Positions 52,701 to 61,200 of a DNA stretch of 64,000 nt are shown here, piece after piece. The first letter of the stretch is position 1. The number at the start of each line of letters is the position of its first letter. Both the position numbers and the translations under genes were made by a program. The notes below the pieces were generated by a model. That model saw only the letters and a list, made by a program, of their open reading frames with translations, had not been told where the DNA came from and did not search any database. Source of the stretch: Albugo candida (taxonomy: Eukaryota); contig JBDOQK010000037.1 of NCBI GenBank assembly GCA_040437565.1, positions 248,001 to 312,000 on the forward strand, read 5' to 3'.

Positions 52701-55700
52701 GATCTATTGTTACTGCAATTCTCCTTCCAATTGGCACCAACCGACTGGCTTCTTTTTACCATTTTGGATCGATTCGGGATCACAAAAAGTTTTTTCGAAC
52801 TCTCTTCGGAGCAGAATCGTTATGCACTCAACGCATTGGTCGCAGAATGTCTCAAATTATTCTCTCAACTGGCGACGGAGCTTCCACCAAAATTATTTGA
52901 ACGGGTAGAAGACTGTGAAATGGACAGAGACTCAAGCAAGCGCGTGCTCGATAGCCTGATTCCCTACTTGCGAAGAGAGCTTATCCAACGGCTTTGTGTT
53001 GGTCCGTGTGGCCATAGCGACCTGTCCAAAATCGCAACCGAGTTTTTCTCTTCACATGAGCATTTATTTGCAAGNNNNNNNNNNNNNNNNNNNNNNNNNN
53101 NNNNNNNNNNNNNNNNNNNNNNNNNNNNNNNNNNNNNNNNNNNNNNNNNNNNNNNNNNNNNNNNNNNNNNNNNNGGATCTATTGTTACTGCAATTCTCCT
53201 TCCAATTGGCACCAACCGACTGGCTTCTTTTTACCATTTTAGATCGATTCGGGATCACAAAAAGTTTTTTCGAACTTTCTTCGGAGCAGAATCGTTATGC
53301 ACTCAACGCATTGGTCGCAGAATGTCTCAAATTATTCTCTCAACTGGCGACGGAGCTTCCACCAAAATTATTTGAGCGAGTAGAAGACTGTGAAATGGAC
53401 AGAGACTCAAGCAAGCGCGTGCTCGATAGCTTGATTCCCTACCTGCGAAGAGAACTTATCCAACGGCTTTGTGTTGGTCCGTGTGGCCATAGTGACCTGT
53501 CCAAGATCGCAACTGAGTTTTTCTCCTCACATGAGCATTTATTTGCAAGCAACTTCTCGTCCGGGATCGTGTTGGATCAGATTTTGACGGAAATTTGCGT
53601 CATGCGAAAATCAGATGAGAAAACAACTGAACGCAAAGATACTGAAATGGATGAACATGGCGACGTTGATGGTGGTCATGATACTGGCGTCACATTTGCG
53701 GGAGGAACGCTTGATACAGCGACGACATCGACGTTGGGCAAACTTCAGTACCGGTTGAAACCAGAGCTTCTGTCAGAGTACAGCGCTTGTTTTGTGCATC
53801 TTACGAGGAAGCAGCACGAATCTGCTCATGATAATTGGCTCCATCATCGACTTCGACAGTCGAAAGAATGCATGCAGCAAGAGATAGAAAATGGCTCACT
53901 GGAATCAAGTGAAAATTGGCGTGCGTTTCCGCTTGTTAGAGCGCTGGATCCATGTGCCCCAGGCTTTTATTGGTCTCGTCTTGCCATCCTGCATGAACAA
54001 GCGCGTTGGCTTGTCTTTGAGAGTTTATGGCATTCTACCAATTCGGATCGTCCTCATCGGAATTTGACGGTGCTATCGTGCGCCTTGCATCTACTGACAC
54101 TGCAAGTGTATGTCATGGAAGACCTCGCGACCCTGGAAGACATCCCAGAGCTATCCGTCAAAGAAGAAGATCTCTCCATCAGCGCACAAACCTTGAAGAA
54201 TGAGTTTCTCACGTGGTTGACGCAAGAAAATGTTCCTGAGAATGAGACTTGTTTGGAGTCGCGATGCTCACTATTCGAACTCCTCTTGCGTTTGAATCCA
54301 TGGAACCCATTTTACGACCATGACAGAAGCCTCGAGTGTACGGAAGAAGCCAATAAACGACTTCATTTGGAAGGCGATCAAAAGCACGAGCTTGGACGCG
54401 GTGTGGAATGGATCATTCGTCGACTTGCGCTGTTGGATGAGCGATGTCAAGACGCCGTCAACCAGAGAGCGATTCGGACGCGAAGAATGTCACAAGAAAA
54501 ACAGGAGCGTAATATATCATTGGCACAAAGAAGAAGAGAGGCACAGAAGAAAGCAATGGAAAGAATGCTACAACGCCAAGCGGCCTTTGCAGCACAAGTG
54601 GAGCAAGTTGCAGACGATGAAATGCAGTCTGATGGTGCGTGTGTGCTCACAGAGAGTTTTGAAAAGGATGTCGGATCGTCTCGGCAAAGCTTGGACGTGG
54701 ACATGACAATTGAATCGGATGCAAATGCCGAGAATTTGGAGTGTGCCATGTGCCATACGTGTGATCCGGAAGAAAGCTTTATGTGCTTTGTCGGATTCGC
54801 TCAAAGCTCGGCGGTATGTTCTCGTCTGCACGCAGGTGATGGGGTCCATACACAAGACGGAAAGCAGCAGTTGGCTTCCCTTTCCAGCTTTTGGACGAGT
54901 CCGATCGATGAGATGCATTTCGGAGAAGATGTGCCAGTTCACGTACGACTTTGTGGACACGCAGTGCATCACAAATGCTGGGAATCGTACCACGCATCTC
55001 AGTTCCAACGTGTGATCACAGGAGCGCATCATCGTCACGCTTTGAATGCTGTTGATGTCACANNNNNNNNNNNNNNNNNNNNNNNNNNNNNNNNNNNNNN
55101 NNNNNNNNNNNNNNNNNNNNNNNNNNNNNNNNNNNNNNNNNNNNNNNNNNNNNNNNNNNNNNTTCCAGCTTTTGGACGAGTCCGATCGATGAGATGCATT
55201 TCGGAGAAGATGTGCCAGTTCACGTACGACTTTGTGGACACGCAGTGCATCACAAATGCTGGGAATCGTACCACGCATCTCAGTTCCAACGTGTGATCAC
55301 AGGAGCGCATCATCGTCACGCTTTGAATGCTGTTGATGTCACAAAGAAAGAGTTTCTGTGTCCATTGTGCAAGTCGATCAGCAACATTCTGATCCCAAAT
55401 GTCAGTACAAAAGACCAAAATGCTCTTGAGGAAGCTCTTGATCGTTTGCACGGATCCAATATGCCCAATGCGTCAAAACTCAAGTCGGCCGATTTCGTAA
55501 ACGATTCCGAAGCCTCGCTGGAATGGCTGAAGCAAGTCGCGACAGGAACAAATTTGAATCTTCAGTGCTACTCAACCCCTTCAACCTCAACTATCAGCGC
55601 TCAAATTGTGGATAAGAAGCATTTACAAACGTCCACCACGATGCCAGCTGTTGAGTCGTGGCTTGAGCATGGTCTGGCGAGTTTGTGTATGGCGCTACAT

Positions 55701-57431
55701 AAAGTCGCTTCCGGTGCGATGCAAAAGTCTCGGCCAGATCGGTACACCAATTCAGCTTGCCATGCACTCTTCCACACGCTTTTGTGTCTGTTTCTGACGA
55801 AAAAAGTCGATCAACACAAAAGCAAGGACGCTGAACCATTTTTGGCTGCGATGAAGTACCTACCGCTGATGCTTCGTCAGGTGGGGAGCTCCAAAATGCC
55901 GGCTACCATAAGTTCAACTCCGATGCAGCCAAGTCGACTTGTTGCATTGGCGGTAGAAGGATCCAATCCACAGAAATGGTGTGAACAGGATCCCATCAGC
56001 AAACTGAAAAAGCAGATTTATCAACTTTTGCATTTTGGTGGCTCTGAGATCAAACCGGACGGATCCATTGTTCTTGAGGATGATCATCCAAGCACGCAAA
56101 CACAAACCCGGAAACAAAGTCAATGGGAAAAGCTGCGAAGACCAATCAAGCCGCTTTTACTGAGCCATTTGGGAAGCGTGCTGATCAAAGGGATTTTATC
56201 TGCAGGTTGTCTGGAAGAAGCGTGGTTGATTGCTCGTCTTGTGGTTCTCGCGCGAATGATACAGACGTTGTTGTGGCTTTGTGTGTCTAACGATGCCATG
56301 GAAAAGAGTGATTGGATCGTGAAGAATGATGACTCGAACTTACAGACTCGAACGCATACCAAGACATTTATTGAATGCTTTTTCGACCATATGGATGCAT
56401 ACGATTCGTCTGAGAAAGAAGCAGTTGCCGCTACTTTGATTGAAAAGCTGCGGGCAAAAGTTGCCAGGGCGTATGGGGCTACTGATACGACATGTTCATT
56501 CACCGATTGTGACGACCAAGGTGGTTTGAGAAGTCAGCTCGCATTGCTGTCTCTTGTCGCAAACGAGGTCGTTCCTATCGCGAGTGTTGCTGTCTATGTG
56601 ATTCAAACGCGCTTTAGCGAAGCCGTCAATGTGGAGCAGCCCACACAACAACCTTGGATGGTCTCGAACTCGGCAATCTCAAATCTTCAGTTGACTGGTG
56701 TATCGATGCTTTTAGGATCAGATTCGGGATGGTGGTCACTAGCGAATCGCTGGATAAATCGATTCAGGGGCGCGTATGACGAGATGCAAGACCCCAACTC
56801 ACTTCTCGCTCAATGGCTTTTAAGCATGAACCTGACTCGAGATGGAGACCAACAGTTGACGTATACATCCATATTGACACACGATCTGTATGGCATGCAT
56901 TGTGCATTGTCGATTCATACTGCTGCCAAAAGCCGAATCCGATATCTAAAGTCATTACCACACGCTTACGTGAGATTTTACTCTGAATTGGCCAAACGAA
57001 AGTGTGAATCTTGTAACCAATTTCCAACACGACCAGCAGTTTGTCTCATTTGTGGCTTGTTACTGTGTGCTGCAAATACATGCCGGGCATTACACCACGA
57101 GAAAACATACCCAGAAGAGTCCAATCCTGGAGCTTGTACGATCCACGCCAAGAAATGTGGACGTGGCGTTGGCATGTTTCTACTTGTACTCGAAGGAGCA
57201 GTGTTGTTAGTGTACTGGAAGTTGGCTGCGTACGTTGGAAGCCTTTACGTTGATGAATACGGCGAGGAATTTGGGGAGCGAAATCGTGATTTGAACAAAG
57301 GTCGACCACTCTACCTAAATCAAAAACGACGAGATCGATTGCTGCGCTTGTGGCTTTTTCATGAGATACCGAACGAAGTCGTCAAAATCCAAAACACCTC
57401 TGAACGTGTCATACGCAATAGTCACTACTAG
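49793..57431 (+). CDS. UBR-box/RING N-recognin E3 ubiquitin ligase (UBR1/2/PRT6-like); interrupted by three gap duplications
   Basis: UBR box C..CKECQ|VDETCVMCNDCF..DHTDH..GGCCDCGDPEAW..FCSEH; RING CAMC..CGHAVHHKC..EFLCPLCKSISN; C-terminal CLICG..HAKKCG..LYVDEYGE..GRPLYLN. Confidence 0.93.
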
Positions 57432-58257
57432 TTTATCTTGCATCGAATGGTGCGGCTCAACGGGAAGATGAAGTAATTAAAATCTGAACACTTTTTAAAA
57501 TGCTGCCTGGAGCATTCTTTGCGCGTTTGTGATCCGTAGTCGCAAAGCGTTTGACTCGAGTGAAACTTGAATTGAATTGAATCTAAAAGCATTTTTATTT
57601 GACGTCTCGATCATTTAAGCTGGATGGGACGTGCCTCGGGCTTTGGTGATAGGACGACTTGGTTCGATCGGAGTATGTTGCGAGATCTCACTGTCTTTAG
57701 CCTTCAGAGCTGATCGATGCGCTATTTGAAGGCTATACAAATGAATTTGGTTGAAGTTGAAGTTGAAGTTGACTTGTCTCGATAAGGAATGTTGATCATC
57801 ATTGTTATGAGGTTTTTTAAAAGCGCTTGTCTCCACAGTATATTCTTAACGTCAGCTCGAGTCTGCGACTCTTAGAGATATAGTGTATTCGTTGACTCGT
57901 TGAGGATATAGTAACCTATCAGCAGCTTTGCTATGAAAATAGGCAGTTGGGATCTCATAGAGTCGACGTACTCGCGGTAGGACAAGTAGATGTTGTCTGT
58001 TCACTGCAATTGTTTAACGAGTAGAGACATACAAATGCCACTATTGTCCGTCAAAAACTATAAAACAGAGCAAAAGTTGTACCATCGATTGACTGCGGAC
58101 ACATTGAGCCCGGTGAATGACTCAACTGCAGCGATTAGCTGAAATCATCTTCCTCGAATATGATTGACTGAAATTCAGCACCGAGCTTCCAAGCAAAAGC
58201 TTTGTTGCGTGTTGTTTACGCGCGAAGACTTCATCTTCAACTATAGTTGTGGAATGA

Positions 58258-61200
58258 ATGTATTTTAAACAAATAAATCAATGGGAGGAATTATTTAGCG
58301 CACTTCCTTGTGATGAGTGTTGTTTCTTTGAAAAAGCGATGGATTATGAGCGTCAAAAAGACAATGTGATCGAAAGGCTGATGGAGAACGGTTCGACCAA
58401 GCTGAAGCGAAAAAAGGGAAACTCTGCCGGACGTGATGAATGTAGCCGAACAAGTAGGAAGAAAGGAAGGAAAAATAGGCGTTCTGAATCGCAGAAGTGC
58501 AGTTACTCACGACAAAGCAGTATTTCTGAACGTTTACCGTTCGATGTACTTGAAATGTGTGGTGAATCAGAAAGTGAGCAAAGTGGAAAATGCAAAAGGG
58601 TGGAGCGAAAAGTAACAGAGGTGAAAGAAAGACTGAATAAATATCATAATGACAGACTGAAGCCAAATAAGCGATGCGCAAGTAGCCATGGAAGAGCTTT
58701 CGAGTGCAAAGATAGAGAGGTCGAGGAAAAATCATCGAGTTATCAAGACCCGTCTGGCGTCAAAAATGGTCGAAAAGATCAAGAAGCTACCACGATTAGC
58801 TTCGCTATCGACACGGACACATGTGTTAACGTGAGATCTGATCATCTGTCATTGTCAAATGAGTGCAAATTAAGTGGGATCGATAACGAGAACCCGCTAA
58901 AAGATAACAAGGTCGAAAGAAGAAGCGTACATGAAGAGTTGAGCTGCGGATTAGGAGGCATGGTAACGAAAACTACTCAGAATCGAGAAAGCGTTGATAT
59001 CAGCGCTCTTGGTCGATTGAATTGTGGTTTTCAGACTGGGACAGGACGCAGAATTGACATAGACCCGAATATCTTGGCGAAGAGGNNNNNNNNNNNNNNN
59101 NNNNNNNNNNNNNNNNNNNNNNNNNNNNNNNNNNNNNNNNNNNNNNNNNNNNNNNNNNNNNNNNNNNNNNNNNNNNNNNNNNNNNCTGAATCGCAGAATT
59201 GCAGTTACTCACTACAAAGCAGTATGTCTGAACGTTTACCGTTCGATGTACTTGAAATGTGTGGTGAATCAGAAAGTGAGCAAAGTGGAAAGTGCAAATG
59301 GGTGGAGCGAGAAGTAACAGAAATGAAAGAAAGACTGAATGAAGATCATGATGACAGACTGGAGCCAAATAAGCGATGCGCAAGTAGCCATGGAAGAGCT
59401 TTCGAGTGCAAAATTACAGAGGTCGAGGAAAAATCATCGAGGTATCAAGACCCGTCTGGTGTCAAAAATGGTCGAAAAGATCCTGTGGAAGGCAAGAATG
59501 AGATCCGAGCTGGAAGAGATAATGAAGAAGCTACCACGATTAGCTTCGCTATCGACACATGTGTTAACGTGAAATCTGATCATCTGTCGTTGTCAAATGA
59601 GTGCAAATCAAGTGGGATCGATAACGAGGACCCGCTGAAAGATAACAAGGTCGAAAGAAGAAGCGTACATGAAGAGTTGAGCTGCGGATTAGGAGGCATG
59701 GTAACGAAAACTACTCAGAATCGAGAAAGCGTTGATATCAGTGCTCTTGGTCGATTAAATTGTGGTTTTCAGACTGGGACAGGACGCAGAATTGACATAG
59801 ACCCGAATATCTTGGCGAAGAGGAAATTTCTCGCTGAGGAAAGGAAGCAGGAATGCGCGGTGGCTGATACCATAGAGGCATCAAATAACCGACAGATGAA
59901 TGAATCTATACCTTCCGAGAAGCACTGCACAGAAGGAAAAACGATGGCGATTAATTCTATTCGATCAGAAAGCATTTCTCAAGTTGAATTGGCGTGTTTG
60001 CCCTCAGCGGTGACGCATGCAAATCGATATACTGGGGGCAAGAATTGTCAATTGAGATTTTCCAATCACGTTCCTGACGAAGGATTGAGGTCTTTGAATC
60101 ATCAGGGTGGGTTCGAGAACGGCAATGGAATTGAAGCAATGTTTAAGACTGGACTAGGGCGGAAAATGATTGTTGGGGCTGAGAGTCTGGAAAGATCGCG
60201 CGTCATGCTGAATACATACTGTATGGACGAATGCGTTGAAGCTGGACCCCCGTATAAATTGGATAGAGAAATAGTGACTCCGAAACCGTCTTATACGATG
60301 TCAGGCATGAAAATGCGAGTCGATGCATCAGATGAGTGCAATGATATGATTGATTGCAACACGTCGAAATGGAAAGTGGAGGGTGATAAAGAAACATTTG
60401 GGAGAGCATTCTGCTCTCCAAAATCTATTACTAAAGTTTCCCTAATGAATAGCTCTGCACAAAACACGTCCACGACTTCATTTGAAACTGGACGAGGTCA
60501 AAAAGTGACTGTGGCAACCAAAAGTCTGGAAAAATCTCGTTTTATTATAGATTGTGGTGATGGTGGAACCAACGGTATCTCTACGGCAGGATTGGGGGGA
60601 AAGGTTGAGTCCTCTGCTGAGGATATGCGAGAAATACGAACGACTATGGCGAGACTTCCTAAGCCCCATCAAGTGGACTCGTTATTTTCTACTGGATCGG
60701 GTCGCAAGGTTGTGATCTCTGCCGAGAGTTTGGAAAGATCTCGTGCAAAGATAAAAAAGGATGTGATAAAAATGTCGACCGCACCGATCAAAAGCTCAGA
60801 CCTCAAGCAAGTTGACACATTATTTGCGACGGGATCGGGTCGCAAGGTTGTGATCTCTGCCGAGAGTTTGGAAAGATCTCGTGCAAAGATAAAAAAGGAT
60901 GTGATAAAAATGTCGACCGCACCGATCAAAAGCTCAGACCTCAAGCAAGTTGACACATTATTTGCGACGGGATCGGGTCGCAAGGTTGTGATCTCTGCCG
61001 AGAGTTTGGAAAGATCTCGTGCAAAGATAAAAAAGGATGTGATAAAAATGTCGACCGCACCGATCAAAAGCTCAGACCTCAAGCAAGTTGACACATTATT
61101 TGCGACGGGATCGGGTCGCAAGGTTGTGATCTCTGCCGAGAGTTTGGAAAGATCTCGTGCAAAGATAAAAAAGGATGTGATAAAAATGTCGACCGCACCG

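Noticed and set aside
49990-55342. UBR gene appears split or frameshifted into several ORFs (pseudogene)
   Set aside because: The breaks coincide with introns or fixed-length N gaps with duplicated flanks, and all conserved domains are intact.
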